Shown here piece by piece: positions 31,461-46,186 of a stretch of DNA of 64,000 bases. The notes under the pieces were generated by a model. The model did no database searches. It had not been told where the DNA came from and saw only the letters and a list, made by a program, of their open reading frames with translations. Each line of letters opens with the position of its first letter. The stretch's first letter is position 1. The stretch spans positions 25,859 through 89,858 of the forward strand of contig CAXHJY010001349.1 of NCBI GenBank assembly GCA_964016885.1. The letters run 5' to 3'. This stretch comes from Eledone cirrhosa (taxonomy: Eukaryota). The position numbers were made by a program, and so were the translations under genes.

Positions 31461-32716
31461 ATTAATATAATAATAATAATGAATTTATTTATTGGCCATA
31501 AGGGCCGAAAAATATAATAATAATTATTATTATTATTGTTATTATTTGGCTCCGGGTGGGGTTTTAACTGCACCATCTTATATATTAACACCGTTATCAG
31601 TGTCATGTATTGGCAGAAACTGTTGTACACCGAACGAAAGGTTTATCTTTTTTGTTTTTCGAAATATTAATTACCAGTTATGTACTGCAGTCAATTATTT
31701 TCACTATTCTTTTTCAATGTAAGAAATGTATAAAAAACATCATTGGAATTAAATCATGTTTCCATCTTATGAGGATTTTAGCATAAAAATATGTAGTCCA
31801 AATTTAGTTATGTCATAATATTTAGATATAAACATATAAATTTAGATATAATATTTAGACATAAACATATAACATTTTTTAAAAGAATGTTAAATATCAA
31901 AATGGGTTAGAAATAGCGTTAACATGATTCCAAATGCCGAAAATATGCAGTAGAATATTATTTAGGAAGGAAAGAATTAATACAAATTAGGTTAAAGTAC
32001 TCAAACAAAGTAAAAAATCAATAGAAAATATGAAACTTTCACAGACGTATTGCAGCCATTCAATTGGTCGTATACACACTACCCGTATATAAATATATAT
32101 GGCATATGAATCAATTTCCATACAAACTCATACACACAAGAACACATTTACACATACATTCATGTATACATACATGCATGCATACATCCATACATATGTA
32201 CGTACATTCGTACAATCATCCATACATACATACAAGCACACACACATACATTCATGTATACATACTTGCATACATACAATCACATACACATACATACATG
32301 TATACATACATATGTACATACAAAATACATACGTATATACATACTCACATACACACATATTACGCCATATTATGTTGAAATATTAAAGCACATACGTGCA
32401 TTCTCTTATTTTTATTCATTTTATGCATGCGTAAACGATGTATCTAAAATATGTTAAAATGCTAAAATGTCTAGCTGTAAAATAACTTCTAATATTTAGT
32501 AAAAGAACTGAAACATCTAACATTTTCTTATGACTTCAGAAAATAAACGGTTCCAGAACACCGACAAAGATTTCTTTACTTTTGATACTCGCTCACATTC
32601 TATCAAATCGGATACTTATTTGTATTTAGGAATTTATAACGTTCACCATTTTGTTTTTTGAATTTCAAAAATTTAGATATTCTTTTGGAAATTTGCTGTT
32701 ACACACACACGTATAT

Positions 32717-32796
<80 letters not shown>

Positions 32797-33163
32797 ATAT
32801 ATATATATATACACACATATCTCTTTATATATATACACATATCTATATATATACATATATATGCATATATACATATAAATATATATATATATAGATATAT
32901 ATATACATATATATGCATATATACAAATATATATATATATATATAGATATATACATATCTATATATATACATATATATGCATATATACATATAAATATAT
33001 ATATATAGATATATACATATCTATATATATACATATATATGCATATATACATGTAAATATATATATATATATAGATATATATATATATACATAAATGTAT
33101 ATATATACATATATATATATATATAAATGTATATATATGCGTATATATATATGCTGGCTTATA

Positions 33164-33215
<52 letters not shown>
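32717..33215. repeat. CA/TA microsatellite with ~50-bp higher-order units
   Basis: Direct reading. Confidence 0.9.
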
Positions 33216-33218
<3 letters not shown>

Positions 33219-33852
33219 ATAGACCCTCACACGCACATCTATATTTAAGTAAACCTATGAAAAGGGGCATTTAGTTAATACCATTTACGTAAATGTGTGG
33301 TAGTATGCATGAAGCAACGTAAGAATGCTTTTGATCTTCAGGATTTATATATTCTTGGGTATAAGGACAGGGAAATGAATTACATGTGAAATGTAACCAG
33401 ATATTGAATTTAAACCTATCGTATACAATCTGCTTGTTATTCATTCGAGGTCGATAAGAAAGTACTAGTCTAGTACTGATGTAGATGTTTCCTCTATATC
33501 TCTTTCTTATTTCCTCTCTCTCACTATCCTTCTTTGGAAGAAATCTGCTGTATTTAGATCTGGATAGAAGATGGGCTTCGCCAGGTTTAAAAAGTGTCCT
33601 AAGAAAAAGCCGTATGCTGATATGGCACCACTACGACTCCTTCAGGAGTTACGGGTCCATATCATACAAACTGCGTTTCTTATCTGTAACACTGACAAAC
33701 GTTAATGCATATACACACACACATAAACACACATATATGTATGTATACATACAAATACAAACACATATTCATATATATATATGTAAATATATTTATATAG
33801 ACATGGGTTTCCATCCCGCCCGTCCCGTCAATCTATCTTATTTCTTATTCTT

Positions 33853-33888
33853 TCTTCTGATGAAAGTCTAGCGTCCGAAACGTTAAGA
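33853..33888 (+). ncRNA. Degenerate minimal hammerhead-like motif
   Basis: UCUU CUGAUGA aagucuagcgucc GAAA CG UU AAGA; stem II poorly paired. Confidence 0.35.
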
Positions 33889-33983
33889 CCCTCTTCCTGC
33901 TACTTCAAGCGTTAACATAATATATTCCTTCCATATAGTGTACCGATTGTGATGTTATTTCTGTTTACCTTTTACATACATAT

Positions 33984-34033
<50 letters not shown>

Positions 34034-34322
34034 ATGTATGTGTGTTGGTATGTATGCATTTATATATGCCTGCATCTACGTATGTATGTATGTTCTGGTT
34101 TTATCATTTTATAAATTTTTTACCAATAGAGAGTCAATTTCTAACATAGGTACAAGACTCTCATTGGAATTTACACAACATCGACTAGGTAGATATGCAT
34201 TCATGTCTGCATTTATGCACGTGTACAGGTATGGATTCTAATGTATGTGTGGATGTGTATATTTTGAGTTATATGCGTGCATGTGCATATGCTTTGTATC
34301 TGTACATGTGTATATGCAGTTA

Positions 34323-34945
34323 TTAGATGCAGAATTTTTGGAATGTTTTTACTCTTCCATTAATGGATTGTACTTGTAATTTCCCAACTAGTCGTGTTTC
34401 TTCTGTTTCTGTGAAGCCCAACTTCTCAATATTTGTACCGAGGCAGTTACTAACATATTCCAGTGGCCCAATAATCACAGGAATAAATCTGAAGGTATAG
34501 TCAGGGTGAAGTATTTGCAGATTTCTCATTAGTTCTGCATAGATATTCTCCTTTTCCCTAATCTTTAAAATTATATTGGCATCTGCTGGGCAGATAACTT
34601 CCACTACCGTGCATGCCTTCTTTTCCCTGTCCCATATCATTATATCTGGTCTGTTATGTTTGCATTTTATTGGAGTTTTAACTGGGACATTCCACCAGTA
34701 CTCTTGCATATTATGTATGTATATGTCTTCAACATATAACTTTGTATATGTTTATTGTTGGGGCTACCTTTTCTACGGGTTGCATTGTACAGTGTTTTGG
34801 CCACTAGATCATGCCTCATAGATAGATAGTACCATGAATACATATTTGGAAAGCTGCTTATGACACCTTCGATGTTAATTCTGCAGAGTCTGCAGAAAAC
34901 ATCTAGGTGTTTTGCCTGCATCCCTATCTTTTTTGTGAATCAGGT
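34323..34945 (-). mobile_element. 3' fragment of an RLE-type (R4/Dong-like) LINE, pseudogenised
   Basis: CRLC...RHDLVAK knuckle region, then HNRPDIMIWD...VVEVICPAD...EKENIY...IPVIIG restriction-like endonuclease, in different frames. Confidence 0.8.
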
Positions 34946-34999
34946 ATTTTTATGTATGTATGTATGTCAGTATGTATGTATGTCAGTATGTATGTATGT

Positions 35000-35616
35000 C
35001 AGGTCACCACTTGGTGCTACTGGTAACATGTATTCCAGTACAACCTGTCCCATGGTCGGGTCGTTGGCGACTAAACTGGCAACCCCACTAAGGTTTCTTG
35101 GTGAGGAGGGTGACTTTGGACATCCTGCAGGACTAAAAACAAAACCTGTCAAAGGGCAAAGGAGCTCTTAAGAGTCAATGGCCATCCAAAATCACCGGGA
35201 GAGATGACCCCTTAGCCTTTGTCAAGGCAGAATTCTAGGAGAAGGAAAACTCTGATATAACACCTGCAACTCTGATGGTATCCAATAATGTTGACTTGTT
35301 CTTCTTTTTGGTAAATATCATCTTGGTTAAGTGAGTGGGACTGGCTTTGTGCAGTGCCTTTGATCACTATAAAAGCTTCACAGCACAGGCATTGCTTTAT
35401 ATCTGGAGATCTCCCTGCACTTGTCGTCATATGATACCATGGGCCCAGCACTATGTGTCGATAATTGTCACAAGTGTAGTGTTTGTACCAGAGTTTTCAA
35501 GTCGCTGGCTGGACTAAAAAGTCACACTCGTTCAGCGCATAGGTAGGGGTTCTCCTACATGGATATAAAGTAGTGGCCGTACTCGAAAACGAGTTGGCAG
35601 CCACCATATATGTATG

Positions 35617-35701
<85 letters not shown>

Positions 35702-35984
35702 ATGTATATATGTATATATATATGTATGTATATATATATATATATATGTATGTATATATATGTATATATGTATGTATATATATGTATGTATGTATCTGTA
35801 TGTATATATATGTATGTATATATATATATGTATGTATATATATATATATGTATGTATATATATATGTATATGTATATATGTATGTATATATATATATATG
35901 TATGTATATATATATATGTATATATATATGTATGTATATATGTATGTATATGTATGTATGTATGTATGTATATATGTATGTATG

Positions 35985-36035
<51 letters not shown>

Positions 36036-38434
36036 ATGTATGTGTGTATGTGTGTATGTATGTATGTATGTATGTATGTATGTATGTATGTATGTATGTA
36101 TGTCAGGTCACCAGTTGGTGCTACTGGTAACATGTATCCCAGTACAACCTGTCTCATGGTCGGGTCGTTGGCGACTAAACTTGCAACCCCACCAAGGTTT
36201 CTTGGTGAGGAGGGTGACTTTGGACATCCTGAAGGACTAAAAACAAAACCTCTCAAATCGCAAAGGAGATCTTAAGAGTCAATGGTCATCCAAAATCACT
36301 GGGAGAGATAACCCCTTAGCCTTTGTCAAGGCAGAATTCTAGGAGAAGGAACACTCTGATATAACACCTGCAACCCTGATGGTATCCAATGATGTTGACT
36401 TGTTCTTCTTTTTGGTAAATATCATATTGGTTAAGTGAGTGGGACTGGCATTGTGCAGTGCCTTTGCTCACTATAAAAGCTTCACGGCACAGGCATTGCT
36501 TTATATCTGGAGATCTCTCTGCACTTGTCGTCACATGGTACCATGGTCCTAGCACTATGTATCAATAATTGTCACAGGTGTAGTGTTTGTACCAGAGTTT
36601 TCAAGACGCTGGCTGGACTAAAGTTACATTCGTTCAGCGCATCAGTAGGAGTTCTCCTACATGGATATAAAGTAGTGGCCGGACTCGAAAACGAGTGGGC
36701 AGCCACCATGTATGTATGTATGTATGTATGTATGTATGTATGTATGTATGTATGTATGTATGTATGTATGTATGTATGTATGTATGTCATCTCTCCCGGT
36801 GATTTTGAATAGCCATTGACTCTTAAGAGCTCCTTTGCCCTTTGACAGGTTTTGTTTTTAGTCCTGCAGGATGTCCAAAGTCACCCTCCTCACCAAGAAA
36901 CCTTGGTGGGGTTGCCAGTTTAGTTGCCAACGACCCGACCATGAGACAGGTTGTACTGGGATACATGTTACCAGTAGCACTAACTGGTGGCCTTTGTCAA
37001 GGCAGAATTCTAGCAGAAGGAAAACTCTGATATAACACCTGCAACCCTGATGGTATCCAATGATGTTGACTTGTTCTTCTTTTTGGTAAATACCATCTTG
37101 GTTAAGAGAGTGGGACTGGCTTTGTGCAGTGCCTTTGCTCACTATAAAAGCTTCACCGCACAGGTATTGCTTTATATCTGGAGATCTCTCTGCACTTGTC
37201 GTCACATGGTACCATGAGCCCAGCACTATGTGTCAATAATTGTCACAAGTGTAGTGTTTGTACCAGAGTTTTCAAGTCGCTGGCTGGATTAAAAAGTCAC
37301 ACTCGTTCAGCGCATTGGTAGGGGTTCTCCTACACGGATATAAAGTAGTGGCCGTACTCGAAAACGAGTTGGCAGCCACCATGTATGTATGTATGTATGT
37401 ATGTATGTATGTATGTATGTATGTATGTATGTATGTATGTATGTATGTATGTATGTCAGGTCACCAGTTGGTGCTACTGGTAACATGTATCCCAGTACAA
37501 CCTGTCTTTTGGTCGGGTCGTTGGCGACTAAACTGGCAACCCCACCAAGGTTTCTGGGTGAGGAGGGTGACTTTGGACAGCCTGCAGGACTAAAAACAAA
37601 ACCTGTCAAAGGGCAAAGGAGCTCGTAAGTGTCAATGGCCATCCAAAATCACCGGGAGAGATGACCTCTTAGCCTTTGTCAAGGCAGAATTCTAGGAGAA
37701 GGAAAACTCTGATATAACACCTGCAACCCTGATGGTATCCAATGATGTTGACTTGTTCTTCTTTTTGGTAAATATCATCTTGGTTAAGAGAGTGGGACTG
37801 GCTTTGTGCAGTGACTTTGCTCACTATAAAAGCTTCACGGCACAGGCATTGCTTTATATCTGGAGATCTCTCTGCTTTTGTCATCACATGGTACCATGGG
37901 CCCAGTACTATGTGTCAATAATTGTCAGAAGTGTAGTGTTTGTACCAGAGTTTTCAAGTCGCTGGCTGGACTAAAGTCACATTCGTTCAGCGCATCGGTA
38001 GGGGTTCTCCTACATGGATATAAAGTAGTGGCCGTACTCGAAAACGAGTTGGCAGCCACCATGTATGTATGTATGTATGTATGTATGTATGTATGTATGT
38101 ATGTATGTATGTATCCAATGATGTTGACTTGTTCTTCTTTTTGGTAAATATCATCTTGGTTAAGAGAGTGGGACTGGCTTTGTGCAGTGCCTTTGCTCAC
38201 TATAAAAGCTTCACGGCACAGGCATTGCTTTATATCTGGAGATCTCTCTGCACTTGTCGTCACATGGTACCAAAGGCAAAGCACTATGTGTCAAAAAAAC
38301 AAGTGTAGTGTTTGTACCAGAGTTTTCAAGTCGCTGGCTGGACTAAAAAGTCACACTCGTTCAGCGCATCGGTAGGGGTTCTCCTACATGGATATAAAGT
38401 AGTGGCCGTACTCGAAAACGAGTTGGCAGCCACC
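35000..38434 (+). mobile_element. Five head-to-tail ~605-bp non-autonomous RTE-derived elements separated by (ATGT)n: 35000-35605, 36104-36707, 36788-37380, 37457-38060, 38111-38434
   Basis: Near-identical units; 3' part encodes a C2H2 finger [23 protein letters not shown] as at RTE C-termini; end ...gagttggcagccacc(atgt)n. Confidence 0.75.
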
Positions 38435-39125
38435 ATGTATGTATGTATGTATGTATGTATATTATTATCTCTTTCTCTTAATTTCGAGTATATTTTTGAC
38501 CGGCCACCCTCCTGGTGGCAAGGTTGTTAAAGAAAAGAAATTGTCATCCCTTGAATCGCAAGAATGTTTTTCAAATTTTGAAGGTGCCAGCTATCGAAGC
38601 GATTTGTATACTATGAATTAGGGAGCTGCCCTCTTTGTCCGCAAATACAAGTTCAGTTATACATTGTATGTATGTATGTATGTAAGATATATGTGTATGT
38701 GGGCATGTAGGAATGGGATTGCATGTACCAATCAATATGTTTTGATATAAGTATATGTGCATATACATAATTCTGTTTTGTGTGTGTACATATACATATA
38801 TTTGTCTGCACGTATTATAATGTGGACATCTGTAATATTTAGTGTACTTATGTTCACAATTCCAACAACAGCTTGTAATTTTGATATTTTAATTAAACAA
38901 GTATTGAATGATTGTATGGAGCACAACCTTCTAAGATAAGTTCTGAGTTAGTTAGAGGAACAACCAACTTTCCTAATAATTATAAGCATAAATCTAAAAT
39001 TATATATCGTGCATAGTATCTGAAGAGTTCTTATTTCGGCAAAGTTGTTTTCGTTTTCTCTTTATGTTTAATAATATATTATTGTCTGCTGGACAACTGG
39101 TTTGTACTACTGTGTGCAGTTCCAT

Positions 39126-39205
39126 TTATTTATCGCAGATCATCTTATCAGGACTATTATGCTTACAATCTATAGGTGTTTTCACTGGAGGTGTCACCAG
39201 TACGT
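39126..39205 (-). mobile_element. Small RLE-LINE fragment
   Basis: PVKTPIDCKHNSPDKMICDK matches PVKTPIKCKHNRPDIMIWD of 34323-34709. Confidence 0.55.
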
Positions 39206-39763
39206 TTATATAATAAAGATAATAGGGCTCACTATATCCCCGTGGTAACTTAATATTTTCATCTTCATGAGAAAAACAAACCACTGACATGATCTGTTTA
39301 ATTTCCCTAACTAAGAATTTGTCGGCAACATTTATTCCTGCACACCACAGTGTATAAATGCATGGTGTGAATATATGAATTTTAATGGGGTGATTTATCA
39401 GAGAACATGTACCAATATAAGTGATTAACACCGTTTCCAACGAAAACATGACGTACAATTTCGACAACCCGCGGGTAAAATGCTTAGATATGACAACCAA
39501 TGCATGGTATGTCGAAATGAAACTGAATATTTACTTTTGAGCTTTCACATAGTGGCCAAAACAGTACAGAATCTATAGAAAGGTATCTCAATACCATTAA
39601 AACATTGTGGTTAACTTAGTGTTAACGTTTTTAATGCATATAGCTTTAAAATGCTATCTAGGAATATACACCGAGGAAATATATTAGTTATATTGATTAA
39701 TATCTAATATTATTATGGGGGAAAGTACTCCGAACATATTTCGTTATATTATAATTAATCATG

Positions 39764-40690
39764 AAGGCGGGGGATTGGCAGTATCGGTGGCGCGTCGGGA
39801 AAAATGCTTTGCAGCATAGAGTTACGCCTCTTTATGATCCGCCGAGGTTAGCTTTGCCTTTCATTCTTACAGGCTCTATAAAATAAAGCACCAGTAATTG
39901 CTGGCCTTGTGCCAAAAGTAGAAACAATTATATAGTAAACCTGTATATTGTCAGCAAAGCCATCACTCCCACTGTCAACACAACACCAGATCTACGATTG
40001 CCAACCTCCATATGTAACGGTAGAAGAGCGTCAGACACCATGTTTTGCAGCATAGAGTTATGGTCCTTTACGTGCTGAGTTCAAATCCCACCGAGGTTAG
40101 TTTTGCCTTTCATCCTTACGTGGTCGATAAAATAAAGCACCAGTGACGACTTTCCCCTCCCCCCAAATTACTGTGGATTGTGCCTATACTAGAAATCGTT
40201 ATATTATCACACATCATGAGGGCGGTGGATTGGCAGTATCGGTAGAGCGTCGGGAAAAATACTTTGCAGCATAGAGTTATGCCCCTTTATGATCTGAGTT
40301 CAAATCCCACGGAGGATAATTTTACCTTTCATCCTTATGTGGTCAAATAAAATAAAGCACCAGTAAAGCACTGGGGTCGATTTTATCGACTTTCCCTTCC
40401 TCCAAAATTGCTGGCCTTGTGCCTATAGTAGAAATCATTATGGGGGAAAGTACTCGGAACATATTTCGTTATATTATAACTCTTCATGAGGGAGGGGGAA
40501 TGGCAGTATCGATAGAGCGTCGGGATAAAAGCTTTGCGGCATATCGTTACGCTCCTCTACGTTCTGAGTTCAAATCCCGCCGAAATTAGCTTTGCTTTTC
40601 ACAGCACCAGTAATGGACTGTGTTCAATTTAATCGACCCCCCCCCCCCTAAATTGCTGGTCTTGTGCCTAAAGTAGAAACAATTATTATA
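39764..40690 (+). mobile_element. Cluster of four tRNA-SINE copies
   Basis: A-box/B-box/core repeated at ~39764, ~40015, ~40219 and ~40489. Confidence 0.8.
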
Positions 40691-40882
40691 ACTCATCAAA
40701 GAAATATGGTTTTCTTGACGATATATTGATGACAGTCACTAAATCAATGTCCAATATTGTACGTTGGTTGGTGTAGGAAAACAGAATTGTTTGTTTAGAT
40801 AATAAAGAGACGCTATTCGTTTAAACAACATTGTTGGTCAATCACTACTATTATTTTCATCATTTTCTCTCGTAATTACCGG

Positions 40883-42326
40883 TTGAGAAACGTTACTTAC
40901 GATATCCATGAGTAGAAATGTCTCTCTTATACTCCTGTCGTTACAAAATCCAGAGACAAGCAGCTGCGCAGTCGACATACCATATCCCATATCAGTAATT
41001 CCATGTTGGACAGATTGTGGTGTAATTATGGCCGCATCAGTGAAACTAAAAAAATATTGTAACCTAGCGTGTTTTAAGGAGATACTATGGTGATTGTTTT
41101 TGTTTTTATTTACATATATCGTTCATTTAACATTCCTAACATTTATCTTTCCAGTCATACAAGCTTTAATATACAGTGTACTATCAAATGATATTACAAT
41201 CTAAAGAGGATATTACCTGCATGGTTGGTATTGCAATGTGGTATCTCGAATATTATTATATGACCACTACTCTTTGAACGATAACATGCCACATTATATG
41301 GTTATACAGAATATAATATAGAATATAAGCACATACATAAGATGGTATTCAGCTGTTTGTATATACATATTACTTAAAAATTAACCTCCTAAGTTTCAGA
41401 AGAAGATATTATACAAAGTATTTACTAGAAGAAAAAGCACATTTTTGTGCGTTATATACACTTGTATATGTTACATATTGTACGGCACAACATAATTCAC
41501 AGGATTAGTACGATAAAAATTAATACTGCATATAACAAAATACTATTCCACAATAGGCTACTACAAAATATAGTAGGCTACTATATAAGCTACTATAAAA
41601 TATGGCTACTATAAAATATGAAACACAGCTCGGTATATATTAGAACAGTATAGGAATGCCAGTAAAAATAATAGCTACTGAGACATCAATCAAGCTTTGA
41701 CGTGTCGAATTTTGAATAACTGAATACTGTTTTTTAGCGACATAGTGTTATAGAAAGAAAGGAGGAGAGAAGAGAGAAATAAGAATATATGTATACAACA
41801 GGAGGGGGAGAAAAGAAAATGAGACAGGCAAATTGAAAATCAATGCTTCTGAACCAAGCGTAAATTTTCTAGAATTCATGCCAATTCCATCATCAGATAT
41901 GTGTCCATGATTTCATAGAGAATTAGAAAAAATTGGCATTGAATCAAATTAATTCGTAGTAATGATGTTGGGCCTCATATGAGTTTCTTTTGGCAGCTTT
42001 TAGTTTTCGTTTCGTTTATTTCTTTTAAATGTTATTTGAAGTACTGTTTGTTTTCCTTTAGTTTCCCCACATAATCAAAAATAGTTAAAATAGTCTAAAA
42101 CAGTACGAGAGTTTCCCATTCTGTTGCATTTTGTTCAATAATAAAAGGCAGCCGCCAGGGCGTCAATCTTATTCGTAATTGAATTGAATATTTCTTACAT
42201 TTGTCTGTATTTACTGATATGGGATATGGTATGTCGACTGCGCAGCTGCTTGTCTCTGGATTTTGTAACGACAGGAGTATAAGAGAGACATTTCTACTCA
42301 TGGATATCGTAAGTAACGTTTCTCAA
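40883..42326. repeat. Apparently perfect 116-bp inverted repeat (40883-40998 / 42211-42326), 1.2-kb spacer
   Basis: Exact reverse complements by eye; no target-site duplication seen. Confidence 0.92.
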
Positions 42327-42947
42327 TGCGGTAGGATGGACGGGTTAATCAATTACTCTATGTCAACAAGGTTTTAAGGAAACAACATCAATAACCCGCC
42401 CATGGCATACATGCATCAGTAATATTTATCAAGTTTTGTATTCAAGAAAATTTTTGTTCATATAATAGCTGTCTGATGAGGTCTTAACCTTTACATAACG
42501 GTTACAGTTCACCTGCTAGGGCACTTACTATATATCTTAATTAATTACCAACACGAGCACTAATTATAGATAAATTAGTATGTCCATTTCAGAATGATAC
42601 TAAGAAAAAAACGGGTATATACACCCATAAAATACATGTTTATTTGTAGTTGATTGGATGATATACACATCTTTTGAAAAGGATTCAATAATATCCGAAG
42701 ATCGATTAAAGATGTTTATCATTTTTTTCAATTTACAGGAAAATTCGTATTTTCTTGCATGTTTAAATGCCTATAAAGTAGATTTCTTTATTGAGATTCT
42801 GGTTTTGCTTGACATGTGTGATGAATAGAATGAAGCTAGAGTCTGCTCTATATTAAAAATCTGGATATTGTGACACCCATCTGTGAAACCTTTGTAACTG
42901 AGCCTAATAAATAAAAACCTCAATGTGAAACTTTGCTTTGTTCTTTA

Positions 42948-43011
<64 letters not shown>

Positions 43012-43254
43012 GTGTGTATAATGGTAGCTATGGTGATTCCATAGGCGGTATGCCAAAATTAGCAATCAATATTCATTCAGTGTGTGGATAGTATGAAAAA
43101 ACCAAAAATCAGTGATGCATCTGGTTCCAGTTTATGGCGGGTTACAATTGTTTCGCCGACATGTAGTTCGAGACATGATCACTGTATGGATCTGGTTGAT
43201 TCTACGGCTGCAGGTTCCTTCGGACACGGGCAGTTGGTTCGGAGCAAATTTGTG

Positions 43255-44352
<1,098 letters not shown>

Positions 44353-45002
44353 CTGAGGTGTATTTCACTTTCTAGTACTTGAATGATATATATATATACA
44401 TATATATAATTCTAGTATGGTAAAATTAAATATATCTCAATGGCTGTCAAATTCATTTATCGATTCTTTTGACTGTGAGGTTTCTTGGGAACCTTTGGCT
44501 ATATATAGGCAATACAATATTCTCTATTGTATGTCGTAACTCATAATTTACTAGTGTATTTCCATATATGTATATCGGTATATGTACTATATCAATTAGG
44601 GGCTCTTGAGAATATGTTGAGTGGCAGAATATACAAGCTCCCACCATATCTCTTGCAGTATTGATATAACCACATATAAATATCTACAAGTTAATGTTTC
44701 CCATATACCTCTACGTGTATCTCAATCCGTGTCTAACACTGCATTTTTCATAGAAACCTCTATCCCTAGATACACATATACGAACATAGGAGGACATTAT
44801 TTTCATAATCCCTATCTTTGAATGTATTAATTGATGGCTTTCTCTCTATCTGATATTGCAGCTGATGATAATGAAGACGGCTTTGTGTTGACTCATCAGA
44901 AAAAACTACCCCAAGATGCGACGCTATGGCATTGAACCCATATGCGTCACGAATATGCGTGTATGCATGCAGATATTCATGTATATATGAATATATATAC
45001 AT

Positions 45003-45052
<50 letters not shown>

Positions 45053-45263
45053 GCACACACATACACACACACAGATATATATATACATACACATATTTAT
45101 ATATACATATATATGCATGTACACACACACACATACATGTGTGTGTGTATGCATATATAGATATATATGTATATATATAAATATTTACATATATACAAAT
45201 AAATGTATATATATATATGCACTTATAAACACACATATATACATACATATATATATACATATA

Positions 45264-45341
<78 letters not shown>

Positions 45342-45394
45342 CGTTTCTGAATTTGCGTGTGTTTCTTATTGGCAACATGACCCTCCCAAAGTAT

Positions 45395-45427
<33 letters not shown>

Positions 45428-45430
<3 letters not shown>

Positions 45431-45515
45431 CGAAGGAGTTGTGGTAAGGAACCAGATGGACCATAACGAACCGTCGAGACGGCTTTAGATCTGCCGTCGG
45501 GGTCATATATTTTAC
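45428..45515. mobile_element. Rearranged pLTR-like fragment with the 3' half of an HHR (GAGA core change)
   Basis: ccgtc GAGA CGGC tttagatct GCCG UC GGGGUC, preceded by an inverted copy of 51288-51325. Confidence 0.55.
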
Positions 45516-45839
45516 TATATATATATATATATACAAACATATATATACACACAGTTCAGACGTGCTTCTTTTTATCTATATACCAGCGTCATACCAACAA
45601 AAAGTTTGATTTTGTTGCGTGGGCTAGCCTTAAATACATGATACTTCCTACCGCGCGAAATCACGTGTCTAGAAGAGAACTGCTGAGGTGATTACGACGC
45701 TATAATCCTTTATTTGTTTTTACGTCCTTCAACTTTCTCGAACGTTTTATCTTTCTTAATTCTCCATGTAAAAGTTTTATGCTCCATCGCTCTCAATCGC
45801 CATTTTCTCATCTCTTTCTATATCTCTCCCCATATACTT

Positions 45840-45935
<96 letters not shown>

Positions 45936-46095
45936 TCTTCTTCTTTTCTAACCGTTCTGACCGTGCTTCTGTTCATAAGAGGTTATATTTCATCCTGACC
46001 CCTTGCTATTCATATTTGCATATAGCTGTGTTACAGCGATTTCCGTGCTTGAGATTCCTATAATATTATGACATTTTGTGCACACTTATCACTTG

Positions 46096-46186
<91 letters not shown>

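Noticed and set aside
35000-35085. HDV-like ribozyme at the 5' end of the RTE-derived unit (ccagt/actgg P2-like pair, CUAA, small P4)
   Set aside because: P1 and P3/L3 could not be paired convincingly by eye; needs a descriptor search on the consensus
42473-42520. CUGAUGAG followed by a hairpin
   Set aside because: No GAAA or stem III, so not a hammerhead
44860-44910. Minus-strand CUGAUGAG
   Set aside because: No stem II closing before a GAAA
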